From positions 1,247,309 to 1,311,308 of the forward strand of contig NW_003314267.1 in NCBI RefSeq assembly GCF_000143415.4: DNA of 64,000 nt, given 5' to 3'. The notes beneath the pieces were generated by a model. The model saw only the letters and a program-made list of their open reading frames with translations. It was not told the DNA's origin and made no database searches. The stretch is from Selaginella moellendorffii. Its lineage: Eukaryota > Plantae > Lycopodiophyta. The first letter of the stretch is position 1. Each line of letters begins with the position of its first letter. Position numbers and translations under genes: made by a program. Positions 37,301 through 48,235 of this stretch are shown piece by piece.

Positions 37301-37704
37301 GACGAGGACCGCAAGGCAACGAGAGAGACAACACACAGTTCGTAGCAACATGACAACACCGACTTACTAGAGAGCATCTCCTCTTGATCCGCAGGAGAAA
37401 AACAACGATAAACAATGCCTCGGCAGGCGTCCTACTCGTACCGAGGGGAGTGACAACCAAGCATTCACACTGGTCGTACTACGTAGCCCAACTCAAGACT
37501 TTTTCACGTCAACCTGAAGCTGGATATGATGATTCAACTTTGGGAAACAACAGGAGAGAGGAGAGTCCTCTGCTCAGTTGCTGAAGGAACTCTACTGTTC
37601 CTGTTAGTAACTGCAAAGAGGACGGGAAGGCTCCTCTCATCTACCTAAAGGTAGCAAGCAAGGCTAACAATCAGGAGTACCTTAATGCTGGACAGAAAAC
37701 CTCG

Positions 37705-39290
37705 TCACTCTGCGCTGTAGCAACTGAGCTCCAACTTGAGCGGCCCATTTCCCCGGCTCAGGTCGTATTTGACGTTCCTCGAGCAATAGGTCCCGGATTT
37801 CGACAGTCTCCCATACTGCCTGAAAAACAAAAGAGCTTAGCTTCCAATAGAGCCAAACACTGATATGCTTTACCTGCCGAGCAAGGAAAAGCCTCTACCC
37901 CGCGATGGAGATGTTGGCTTCAGGATCTCCTTCACATCTACAAGAGCCGGCACCTTATGAACTCGGCCTTCCTCAGACGCATCGGAGGAATTAAAGCTAT
38001 CGCCCGTAGTGGACTGCTGCGTCTCTCTGGAGGTGTCACTGAAGAAAAGATTGTCTCCATCTGCTCGCAAGTCCCTACTGTGCTCATCGGGAGAGTACTC
38101 CGATGAAACGTCCTTGGAGGCCGCCAGAGGTGGATTCACTGCCTGATCTTTCGTATTAAGACCCCCGCAATACGACAAGACGTGTAGAAACACCCAAGAC
38201 GATGAGCCATTCTTCGTCTTCAGCCTGAGATGCTCTGGTTCCTTGTCATGCGGGACAAACCTTTTGGACTTCCCATGTTTCTTAGCTCCCGGGGGCGACG
38301 AAGAAGCATCGACACCAAGAACCACCTCGTCCGGTGCCAATTTCTGCTGCCTCGGAACTTTAGTATCCTGTCCTGGCATTCTCGAGTCAAAGCTTGTTGC
38401 AGTAGCGGTAGAAGCCTGGCCCATTTTTCTTCGCTGTTCTTCAGTTTGAGTAGTCGCATCGCACCCCTGATCGATTACCGCCGGCGTCTTTATGGTGTAG
38501 ACTTTCAACTCATTAAAGGTGGATTCCTGGAGAATGCTTCCCGTTGAATGCCTCACCCCAGTATCCACAATCCCATCGCTAAGTTTGTCCTCCGGAAAAC
38601 CATTGTCCAAAACCGTCTTTTGCTTACAAGCCGGCTGCTCGTAAGATCTTCTCACCGCGAGCGGCAAGAAGGAATTGGGCTCTGGTTTCGACGTATTTGC
38701 CGAGGTGCTGTCTATAGCTGTAAGCCAAGACTCCGCTCCCCTATACTTCCTCTGAAGTACTTCGCCCGGCTGCTTACATTTTGGTACTGCGATGAAACAT
38801 CAAAAAAGAATCACACAACTGGGCCTAGTACAAGATCTTACCTTGCTTTTCGACGATTTCTGATCCCTTGAGGACGTATTCTCCAGAAGCCACAGGCAGT
38901 ACAAAATCGTCATCAGAGACATCTTGCCAGATACTCGTATTTTTGTAAATTCTAGAAGAGAGGATTCACGGCGCCATGATTAGCAAGCGAAGACCAAGAA
39001 CGAAAGAAAGAACATCGCCGCAGCCTATACCTCTTGAAAGACCACGCATACATCACTGGCATCCTGCATCCGCGCAACGCCGTCAATCTAAACTTCACAT
39101 CTGTTGCATAGTCGGCTTAGAACACATTCGCAAGAATGAGGGATTTCCTACCTCGCAATCGAAGCCCCGGAGCGTGAAACGCGACATCGATCATGTGAGG
39201 CGAATCCACCTTGCCATTTCGAGAGAGATAGTAGACGACCTGAGCCATGGTGTGGCCGTAGTCCGGATCGAAATCCACCTGCATTCTCAT
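37705..39290 (-). CDS. SOK: SOSEKI polarity protein (DIX-like/DUF966), multi-exon; 3' end uncertain
   Basis: VVYYLSRNGKVDSPHMIDV...GLRLR|DVKFRLTALRG..MPVMYAWSFKR|IYKN..IWQDVSDDDFVLP..GEYVLKGSE (DIX-like), DATTQTEE motif and the LSYCGG CG motif. Confidence 0.92.
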
Positions 39291-40141
39291 CCAATATTTC
39301 CTAAAACCCTGTGCCTGCGCCCCTCCGCTAGCTCGATCGCTCGCTCACTCGCTCCTGCCCTTCACGATGATCTCAGCGCCTCCCCCGCGATATTTCTCAC
39401 AGAAACCGCCGCCCGGGATCAGGATCAAGATGAAATGCCGCCGTTGCCGGCCGGATCATCGAAATCCAAGAAAACACCCTTGCGATTCCAACGAATTCGC
39501 TGCCAAACCGGATCGCGCCGTGACGAGCGAACAAGATTTTGAATAGTTGCCCGCTGTGCCACTGATCACTGCCAGGGCGCCCGGAGCCAAGCCGGCAGCT
39601 AGCTCCAGCGCAAGAACACCACGCCTGATACCCTAGTGATTCGCTCTACATGCAGAAACAAACCCACACCCAAACGACAAACAAGGGGGCTCTGCTATGC
39701 TTCCCATAGCCCAAGTTAGAAGGAAAAGAACGAGCTCCATCGTCGGATGCCCCGTCGCAAGATCGTGGCCCTCCATGCAAACTGTCCAGCTGGCACGCCG
39801 CTCTGCCGTTGGTTCGTCGCCGCCCAACGGCCAAGATTGGCCACGGGGCTTTCCCGCCACCGTGGTGACTCGCGGTGTCGTCAGCCAGGGAGTCGTTCCC
39901 GGTTTGGAGTTTACCTGGTTCTCGGTAAAAACAAACGCTACCACATGCTAAACTATCTCGGTAAAAGAAATGCTTCATTCACTCACGAAGGATCGTGCAA
40001 TGAGTTAATGGGCAAGTTTTTCGTTTCCTCGCTCGCCAGTGATTTCTAGGTGGAAGGTTTGACGAAGAACTTTAGAAGAGGATTTTCTGTAAGGTTTGAA
40101 AAATAATTGAGCGATGGTGTACCGGATCTCTGACTACCTAC

Positions 40142-42733
40142 ATGACAGCATGTCGATCGAGCACGAATTATTTTCTCTCGCGATCGCCCTGGATTTGTAG
40201 AAGCTTCTTTGCTGGGTGTGGAGAAATCGACGCTACCCAGGCTGGAATCGCAGCTGGACTGAGGAGCTGTGGCGCCGATCGAGCTCTCGAGGCCGGGAAG
40301 AAACTCCACGCGGCGATTCAATCCAGCGCCCGCTTCGCGAGCGACGTCTATCTCGCCAATCTCGCGATTCAAATGTATGGCAACTGCGGGAGCGTCGAGG
40401 ATGCCGCGAGAGCTTTCGTGGCGCTGGGCGATCGGAGGAACTCCTTCTCGTGGAACATCATGCTCGGCGTGTTTGCTCGGAGTGGCGATCCGGAGAGAGC
40501 CAAGGAGATCTTCGATGCGATGCCCCGGAAGGATGTGATCTCCTGGAATGCCACCGTCTCGGCCTATGCCCAAAACGGGCATAGCGCCGAGGCGATGGTC
40601 CTGTTTGATCGTATGCCCCAGCACGACGTTGTGTCGTGGAATGCGATCATCACTAGCTTTGGCGATGGCTTCGACCCAGATTCGGGATTTAGGATCTTCG
40701 CCGAGATGGAGGAGCGCAATCTCGTGTCGTGGAACGCGATCCTCGAAGCGCATACCAAGAGCGGGCATCTGTCACAGTCGATCAATATCTTCGATAGAAT
40801 GCCGCAGAGGAGCGTAATATCATGGAACCTGATGATTGCCGCAAATGCGAGGCACGGAAATCCCGACGAGGCCGAGAGATTCTTCGATCAATCGCCAGAG
40901 CTGGATGCCTTCTCCTGGACGACGCTCCTGACATTGCGCTCGGATCTCGGCCAGCTGCAAGAAGCTATGGCGTGCTTCGCCGCCATCCGCCGCAAGAACG
41001 TTGTTACCTGGAATGCAATCGTCGCGGCATTCGCCGATAACGATTCTCTCGCCGATGCCAAGCGCGCATTCGATCTGATGCCTCAGCGTGACGCCATCGC
41101 CTTCACTTGCGTCGTCGCCGCCTCTGGATTGAGCGGCTACGTCCAAGACGCCATAGAAATATTTGCCCTCATGCCCTGGAAGAACACCATCTCATGGAAC
41201 ACGATGCTCGCGGTATATGCGCAAAACGGCATCCTGGACGCGGCGGTCGAGATATTCCAGCACATTCCAAGGAAAACATCCGCCACGTGGACAACCTTGA
41301 TCGTAGGATATTCTGTCAACAGGCGGCTGGATGCTGCCACATGGCTGCTCCAGAGGATGCCACGTCATGACGCTATGACATGCGACGCTGTTCTCGAGGC
41401 GTTTGTGGAGAGCTCTCGGCTGGACGAAGCCAAGAACTTCTTTGACGTAGCGCCGATCGCGAGCACTTCGAGCTGGAGCACGATGATTGCCGCATTCGCG
41501 AGCGATGGGCGCAGGGACGATGCGATGCTGCTCTTCCAGAGATCGCCGCAATGGAGCATCGCATCGTGGAACGCGGCGATCCAAGCGAATGCCGCGGCTG
41601 GGGAAATAGAGCGAGCCATCGCGATCCTGGAGGAGATGCCCGGGAGGGATTTGGCCTCCTGGACGATCATCAGTGTGGCATTCGTTTCTAGCGGAGATCC
41701 GGTACGAGGAAGATCGATTCTCGCAGAGAATGTGAGCTTCAAATCCATCGCGTCTTGGAATACACTTCTTACCGCAAATGCCCAGAACTCGCACATCGCG
41801 GAATCGCGATTGATCTTCGAGGGAATGGAGCACCGCGATGCTAGCTCTTGGAATTCAATCGTGTGCGCCTATTTCTTGAATGGAATTCCGGATCGTGCCA
41901 CCGATCTCTTCAGAAAAATGCCCGCCTGGAATATGATCTCATGGAACACGATGATCACTGGCTACGCCCACAACGATCGTGGCACCGCCGCGATCCAGCT
42001 CTTCCGGACCATGGACCTGGAAGGATTCACGCCCGAGCGCGCGACATTCATTGCGATCTTGGGCGCTTGCTCGAGCATCCCAGCGATCGATGCCTCTTTC
42101 GTGGATCTCATCCAAGCCCTCGTCGTGGATGCCGGCCTCCATGTCGATCGCATCATCGCCAATGCGCTCATCAGCCTCTACGCCAAATCGGGCAGCCTGG
42201 AGCGCGCCGCCAGGATCTTCCACGCCATGGCGGAGAGCGATCACCGAGACGTGGTCACCTGGAACGCGATGATCGCGGCCCACGCCCGGAGCGGCAATGG
42301 CAAGCTCGCTATCTGGACCTTCCACGCGATGCTACTCGAGGGGCTGATCCCCGACGCCATCACTCTTATGGTCGTGCTCTCGTCGTGCAGCCACGCCGGG
42401 CTCGTCGATCAGGGCTGGCAGATCCTCGCCTCGGCAATCGCGGGCGATCACAGCCTAGCTCTCACGGACGATCACTTCGCGTGCCTGGCGGATCTCCTGG
42501 CGAGGTCGGGGCGGCTGGGCGAGGCCGAGGAAGTGGTGACCAGCAAGATCGTGAATCCCGGCGAGGTCCTGGGGTGGAAGACGCTGCTGGGCGCTTCCAA
42601 GAATCACGGAAACATCGATCTGGCGGCGCGATCGGCCGAGTGGCTGTTTCGTCTCGACCAGAAAAGCTCCGCCGCGTCTTACATTTTGCTGTCCAGCGCC
42701 CTGGAAAACGCTAGTCAACGGAGTCAATGCTAG
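40142..42733 (+). CDS. PLS-class pentatricopeptide repeat protein, S-motif-rich, E domain, no DYW (863 aa)
   Basis: Repeated 31-aa (V/I)SWNA..AYA..G....A..F..MP units, then SSCSHAGLV...HFACLADLLARSG...WKTLLGA...SYILLS. Intronless. Confidence 0.96.
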   Translation: MTACRSSTNYFLSRSPWICRSFFAGCGEIDATQAGIAAGLRSCGADRALEAGKKLHAAIQSSARFASDVYLANLAIQMYGNCGSVEDAARAFVALGDRRNSFSWNIMLGVFARSGDPERAKEIFDAMPRKDVISWNATVSAYAQNGHSAEAMVLFDRMPQHDVVSWNAIITSFGDGFDPDSGFRIFAEMEERNLVSWNAILEAHTKSGHLSQSINIFDRMPQRSVISWNLMIAANARHGNPDEAERFFDQSPELDAFSWTTLLTLRSDLGQLQEAMACFAAIRRKNVVTWNAIVAAFADNDSLADAKRAFDLMPQRDAIAFTCVVAASGLSGYVQDAIEIFALMPWKNTISWNTMLAVYAQNGILDAAVEIFQHIPRKTSATWTTLIVGYSVNRRLDAATWLLQRMPRHDAMTCDAVLEAFVESSRLDEAKNFFDVAPIASTSSWSTMIAAFASDGRRDDAMLLFQRSPQWSIASWNAAIQANAAAGEIERAIAILEEMPGRDLASWTIISVAFVSSGDPVRGRSILAENVSFKSIASWNTLLTANAQNSHIAESRLIFEGMEHRDASSWNSIVCAYFLNGIPDRATDLFRKMPAWNMISWNTMITGYAHNDRGTAAIQLFRTMDLEGFTPERATFIAILGACSSIPAIDASFVDLIQALVVDAGLHVDRIIANALISLYAKSGSLERAARIFHAMAESDHRDVVTWNAMIAAHARSGNGKLAIWTFHAMLLEGLIPDAITLMVVLSSCSHAGLVDQGWQILASAIAGDHSLALTDDHFACLADLLARSGRLGEAEEVVTSKIVNPGEVLGWKTLLGASKNHGNIDLAARSAEWLFRLDQKSSAASYILLSSALENASQRSQC

Positions 42734-42845
42734 ACCACGATTTGACTTTTAAAAAGTCAAAGCACGGGTGTTTAAAATTAACACGGAGAATATTCGATGG
42801 CTCTAATTGGGAAGGGTGTTCTAACCCTAGAGGAACGGAGCGCCA

Positions 42846-43428
42846 ATGTCGTCGCGCGTGGCAGCTCTGTGGAATCATCCTGCTGGTCCCAAGACGAGTA
42901 AGTAGCGATCGATCCATCCATTTCCTTGTCTCTGCGGATCCAGCTCGCGAAATTCTTACTCCTGCCCTCTTTTCTCTCTTCGCGCGATGAAATCTCAGTC
43001 CATTTCTGGGCGCCGACGTTCAAGTGGGGGATTTCCTTCGCCAACATTGCGGATTTCTCTAAGCCGCCGGAAAAGATCTCGTATCCTCAGCAATGCGGTG
43101 AGATTCTCGTGTTTCTTTCCTCTACTGTGGCTGACTCATTGACCTTTTTCATGCTCTAGCCGTCACTTGCACGGGGATAATCTGGTCGAGATATAGCACT
43201 GTGATCAATCCGGTATGGTCCCTTTTCCCTCTCTGGACGAAAGAAAACTTCTTTCTTTTCGTGTTCCCAGATCAATTGGAACCTGTTCAGTGTCAACATC
43301 TTCATGGCTGGAACAGGAATCTATCAGCTCTCTCGAAAAATCAGGTTTCTTCCCGTTTTCTTCTGTAGCATCACTGAAAAGTTCTCGTTTGTCACTTCAG
43401 GCAAGACTACCTCAAAGACAAAGAGTGA
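42846..43428 (+). CDS. MPC: Mitochondrial pyruvate carrier (MPC2-like)
   Basis: WNHPAGPKT|..HFWAPTFKWGISFANIAD..KPPEKISYPQQ|...GIIWSRYS.VI.P|.NWNLFSVN.FM..TGIYQL. Confidence 0.95.
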
Positions 43429-43636
43429 TCGATCGGATCGGAAAGACACACAGTCGCTGTTTGTACGAAGGCACTCGATTAAAACAGGCTAGCTCCGCCA
43501 TTTTTTCGGGCCATCGTCCCACAAAGATTTGATCTTTCCTCTCTTCCAGACTCCAGACTTACAAATTGATTAACAGGGAAAGTACATCACAAGAAAAAAT
43601 GGTACACAAAGTCAGGTCGTCGTCTAGATCTCTCCA

Positions 43637-44449
43637 TCAATTCTCCTTGACGGCCTCGTCGTTGAGAAGCTGCTTTTTCCGCTCCACCTCGAAAGACTTT
43701 GCCGCTCTCCGGATCTTCGTCCCGGGTTTCTTGGACGCATAGAACTTGATCAATCCGGCCCACAGCTTGTACACCCAGACCAAGCTCCCGACGAGCGCCA
43801 GCGCCGACTTCGCCATCCAGCACCGCACCAGGAGCCTGGGAATCACTCCATCGGCAGCCCCGGACAAGTAGAACTTGCTGATCCGGAACACCAGCACAGG
43901 TCCCAGCCCGACGCGAAACACCGTGAAGATGACAGTGAAGAACGGCGAGAGCCTCTCGTAGACCGTCTTCATGGCCGGGGAGATATCGCGACCCATACGG
44001 CAGATCGTCCAGATGTTTTGGAAGGGGCTGGTGGCCTCGCCCACGGCCACCATCGCCATGGCGGACAGAGCTCCATGGCCGACGAAGTACCTGCAAGAGA
44101 TCATGTAGCTGGAGGTGGCAATGTGGTGGAGGACGAAGAGGTAGTCGCCCGGGGCGACGAGGAGGTAGTGGGCGAGGTCGACGAGGAAGTACGCGGTGCT
44201 ATACTCGAGGATCTTGTTCTGGGTCGCGGAATTTGGGGCTGCCAGATCCCAGGGCGATTGCCAGGCGTTGTATCCCGCCAGCGCCGTGATGGTGGTGCCG
44301 TGGATGATCGACACCGCGCAGCTCGCCGCCTCGTAGCGCTTGATCCCCCTCCATTTGCGGAAGAGCGTCTGGTAGGAGATCCCATAAATCGCGGCGAAGA
44401 GCGCCACCGAGTAGAGCAGCACCGGCGACCATAGATCCAAGCTTGCCAT
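43637..44449 (-). CDS. TLC (TRAM/LAG1/CLN8) domain membrane protein, intronless
   Basis: YSTAYFLVDL...FVLHH...GEATSPFQN.W with several TM helices. Confidence 0.9.
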   Translation of the reverse strand: MASLDLWSPVLLYSVALFAAIYGISYQTLFRKWRGIKRYEAASCAVSIIHGTTITALAGYNAWQSPWDLAAPNSATQNKILEYSTAYFLVDLAHYLLVAPGDYLFVLHHIATSSYMISCRYFVGHGALSAMAMVAVGEATSPFQNIWTICRMGRDISPAMKTVYERLSPFFTVIFTVFRVGLGPVLVFRISKFYLSGAADGVIPRLLVRCWMAKSALALVGSLVWVYKLWAGLIKFYASKKPGTKIRRAAKSFEVERKKQLLNDEAVKEN

Positions 44450-44660
44450 GGCGAAAGAACGAACGCCCAGAAGGAAAAGAGCGTACTTTCAACCCTAAGG
44501 GAAAGGTGACTATTTCTTTAAAGGACACCTGTGCTTTACCAGCCTGTCCGTACAATGCCACCGTGGTGGTATATTCCTTCCCTTTGTGCGAGAAGATGCC
44601 CCCGGAAACGAATAGCGTACGGGAATATGCGCTTTTTACGAAAATCTTGTGGATTATGGA

Positions 44661-46373
44661 TTAAGCGAATGGATTTCCAGGCCGTGTAGCGTGTGTCAAT
44701 TCTTCGCGTGAAGTGTCTGGCAGCATTTGCCACGACTGAGGCGACGAGGAACTCTCGCTGTCTATCATCGGGTTCTGGAATTGGAACTCAGTAAAATCCT
44801 GGATGAATTTTTATCACAGTTACAGCTTGGAAAAGGAGAACAGAGCTTTCTCACCGGGAGACTGGTGTCCTCGGGTAGATCAAACGGGTTCGTTGATTTT
44901 CGACGAGGCTAAATCCAGAGGAGGAAACGAAAGTGAGAAGCTAGAGTTGAGTTGAGTGGTGATTGAGATCTTACCACTGCAGCGACGGTTTCTGGTGCAA
45001 ATTGTGATGGGGGAAAACTTATCTGCCAGTAGAACTATGTTAAAGATGGTAGAACAAGTTGATAGTTACCTGAGGAAAAACCAAACCCTGCGCGGTATTC
45101 GACCACATAGTTGTTTCGTGGTTTGGATGCCACATTTCTTGCCATGACGCCGAGTTTGCTGGCTGCTCCGGGGAAGTATCGAACGTAGCCCAGCCGGTAG
45201 TGCTTGCTTTGATATATGGCTGCTGCTGTACCATTTCTGGATTCTCTGGATATGGATTTTCTGGGTATGTGCTTTGTTGGGAGCTGCTTGTTGGTGCACC
45301 TGGTGAATCGTTCTGTGCGGAAAAAGGAACAAAAGGGAAGTCACAGGAATTACTTGAGTGAGTAGCACTTACAGCAGTGGAAGGTCTCTGTGGTTCTATA
45401 CGTAGAACGGGCAAATCGTCACCAAGAATCTCCCGCATTGAGCGAACTTCAGGAGAGTAGCCACCGTCGTACTCCCTGGAAGAAACTGGCCGATCATCTG
45501 ATCTTGTTCTCTGGTGAGCTTCTCGCTGCAAGCCCGGACGACGCTCTTCGAAAGAGTGGCTGCTCAGAAAGCTCGATCGGAGGCTGCTTCGTTTGCCATC
45601 TTGTTCATCTCCCTGAACAAATACGGGAAAAAAAAAAAAGAAAAGTAAACAACGTGAGCACATTATAATAAGTTTGAGACACTGACTCTAGGTGGTGGAG
45701 GCTTGTCAGCTGAATACAGTTGGTCTACATAGATGGCTTTGACGAAGTCTCTAAGTTTCTCGGGATTGCTTCAAAAACAATTGGAAAACGATCGGGTCAG
45801 AAGTGTTACTTTCAATTACAAGAGTCTGAAAGAGTAATCAGCCTACCACAGAGCTCTTTTTTCTTCTACCTGCTATCTGGAACAGGATGATGCCTGGAGT
45901 CCCAGTGCTTAAAATACATCTCCAAAGCTCGCTGGAAGAACATAAGAGGAAACATTTACACGATAGAATCAATCGCAACACTGGTGTTTCGGGATTTAAC
46001 CTGGTTTCCACCCGCTTGGAGGGCTGCTACTTCCTCGGGAGTGAATTTGGAGAGCGAAATGGATTTTACCCGATGGCTGAATTCTCGGCTACAAAGGAAA
46101 TAAGCAAGGATTAGAGCAAGCAAAGAAAAAAGTGGTAGCGTACTGGACTCCACCACAAGCCATGCACACAAAAGTTGAGAAAGTTGTGCAAACATATTGT
46201 GGTCCCTGGAAAAATCACACCAAAAGAGCCTTGTCAACAAAGAACGACCCAGAAAGAAACAAGCAAGAAGACTGTACCACGCTACCGCAATTCAAGCATT
46301 TCCTGTTGTCATCGAGCTTGGACAATCCGCGAATGATCCTCTCGTGCCTCACATCCTCCTTGTTCCGATTCAT
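44661..46373 (-). CDS. ArfGAP (AGD14/NIG-like) with C-terminal NPF motifs, multi-exon
   Basis: NRKCLNCGS|GPQYVCTTFSTFVCMACGGV|REFSHRVKSISLSKFT.EEV..LQ.GGN; the tail carries GWATFD, STNPFD and GNPFA*. Confidence 0.93.
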
Positions 46374-46883
46374 CCTTCTCTGGAACAAAGAGAAACCGCC
46401 GCCATTCCTTGCGACCTAAAATCACCAGCCCAGCTCACCTCCTTTACGCCCCTCCTCTCCCACCGACGATCGCCAAGAGGGACGCGATCGACACACCGCC
46501 AAGCGCCGGGTGCTGGGTTGGATGCTCGAAGATTTCTCCAAGACCGTGGGGGCGGCGCCGCGACAAGACGACAACGCGAAGGACAACACACACACACACA
46601 CACAAAAGAAAGAAAAATAATAATGTTATCCACTTTCCCCAAAATTTGTAATTTAGGTCATCTATTCTTGTCAACTCTTTTTAGGGTTTTTAGGTGTGTT
46701 CTTCACCAAGAAGCATTAGAAGTTTAAAGATCTTTAGTCCACCTTTCGAATTCTCACAAACATTGTTAGGTACATTCTTCCATCCTTTACACCCTTTATA
46801 ACAAGTTGAGTGCTTGACATATATAATAAAAAATGACAACTATATTGACAAAGACATAATGTGAGCAACGTGATTCTCTAGGT

Positions 46884-47136
46884 GTCGGATGATTTGATCA
46901 AACGAAGAAAAATACTGGCTATTCTCTCGATCGGTCGGGCAATCGTGGCCCCGGATAGAAGAGTGGATGTTCACGTTTGCCAGCAGCTCTTGGATTCTAG
47001 TCCTGTTCTGGAGGGATGTTGTAGTAAGGCAAACTCTTGTTGCCCCAGCAGAGCTAGCACCACCAGGGCATTGCCATCTTTCGAGACCTCCCTAAGTACA
47101 CCATGACCATATCAGCACAGGAGCTTGAAGCACCAT
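46884..47136 (+). pseudogene. Eroded duplicate of the F-box gene at 48236
   Basis: tcggatgatttgatc, ctggctattctctcg and gaagagtggatg..acgtttg.cagcagctcttggattc.agtcctgttctggagg match 48239-48740. Confidence 0.85.
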
Positions 47137-47467
47137 CTTTGCAGAACATAAAGGGACCTTGGCAGCATCAGGGAAAATCCAGCTTCAACTCCCTTGCTTG
47201 CCAATCTGAGGCATCCACTGGGTTGCATTTAGAATATTCCTAGGGTTTGGAAGACCACTCAACATTCTTCATGTTAGTTCTTTGCAAGCCCATCTGTAGA
47301 AGGGACCATCGAAAGTTGAAAGCTCAATCACATGCTCCTCCTCTGCGCTGGTGGAGAAGTAGCTGTATCAAACTTTTAATGGAATTTACTTTAGATTTGT
47401 TTAATGAAGAATTAAAATCTAGTGTACAAGAATCTTCATTTTCCTCTTCACATGTTTGATCTGCTAA

Positions 47468-47842
47468 TACTTGATATCCGAGCCTTCAAACAGGAACGCT
47501 AGAGGAAGGCGTCCTCCTGTGTCTTCCACGGGAGCTAGCTTCCCGGCCTTCCTCGCCAGATCCTCTGGAGTTACCTCGGTGTTGAAGAGAGCCATCGCCA
47601 GGAAGTCCTTGCGCATCGATCTTCTGAGCTTCTAGACTTCGTACTCCAGTGTGTTGCCGATGAGTAGACGTAGACTTCCTTCTTCTGGCCGATTTTATAC
47701 GCGCGGCTCACTGTGGAAGGATTCCAGGCAGTGTCGAGGATAACCGCCCTGGAGCCACCAGCTTCTACGGCTTGGTCCTGAGGAAGTGCAGGAGCTCCAT
47801 CACTAAGCCAGTCTTGGCCCCTGCTATTGGATCCTGCTGCTC
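47468..47842 (-). pseudogene. Eroded duplicate of the 3' part of the CLASSY-like SNF2 gene
   Basis: High identity to 49390-50010 (e.g. ccggccttcctcgccagatcctctggagttacctcggtgt.gaagagagccatcgccaggaagtccttgcgcatcgatc), with several deletions. Confidence 0.92.
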
Positions 47843-48033
47843 TCTAGTTGAGGAGACTGCAGGTCCGCTAGGCAAGGATGAATGATCTAAACAACATTAT
47901 GACATCTAAAGGTGTCAAGACAGATCCAAGGATGGTGGCTATGGTTAGAACATTGGATTGCTTGACATAAAGCTGGCCGGAAAACCAATTTTTACAACGA
48001 AAGATCGATAAAAAAAAATGGTGGTATTTCGTG

Positions 48034-48193
48034 ATTTCCACGCTGCTACTTCCTCGGGAGCGAATTTGGAGAGCGAAATGGATTTCACCCGATGGCTGAA
48101 CCCAAGAAAATGAACAAGGTTGGATTAGAGAGCAAGCAAAGTGGTGGCGTACTGGAAAGCCATTGACAAAAACCTTGAGAAAGCTGGAACATA
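48034..48193 (-). pseudogene. Eroded duplicate of ArfGAP exons 2-3
   Basis: gctgctacttcctcgggag.gaatttggagagcgaaatggattt.acccgatggctgaa matches 46023-46082; the downstream part matches 46107-46196. Confidence 0.9.
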
Positions 48194-48235
48194 AAGGGGA
48201 ATAATAAGCATGTTTTTCTAGGGTTTCTCAAGGGT

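Noticed and set aside
41192-42714. Long overlapping and antisense ORFs in the PPR (also in the FBT, TLC, SNF2 and second PPR genes)
   Set aside because: Shadow frames of GC-rich coding sequence.
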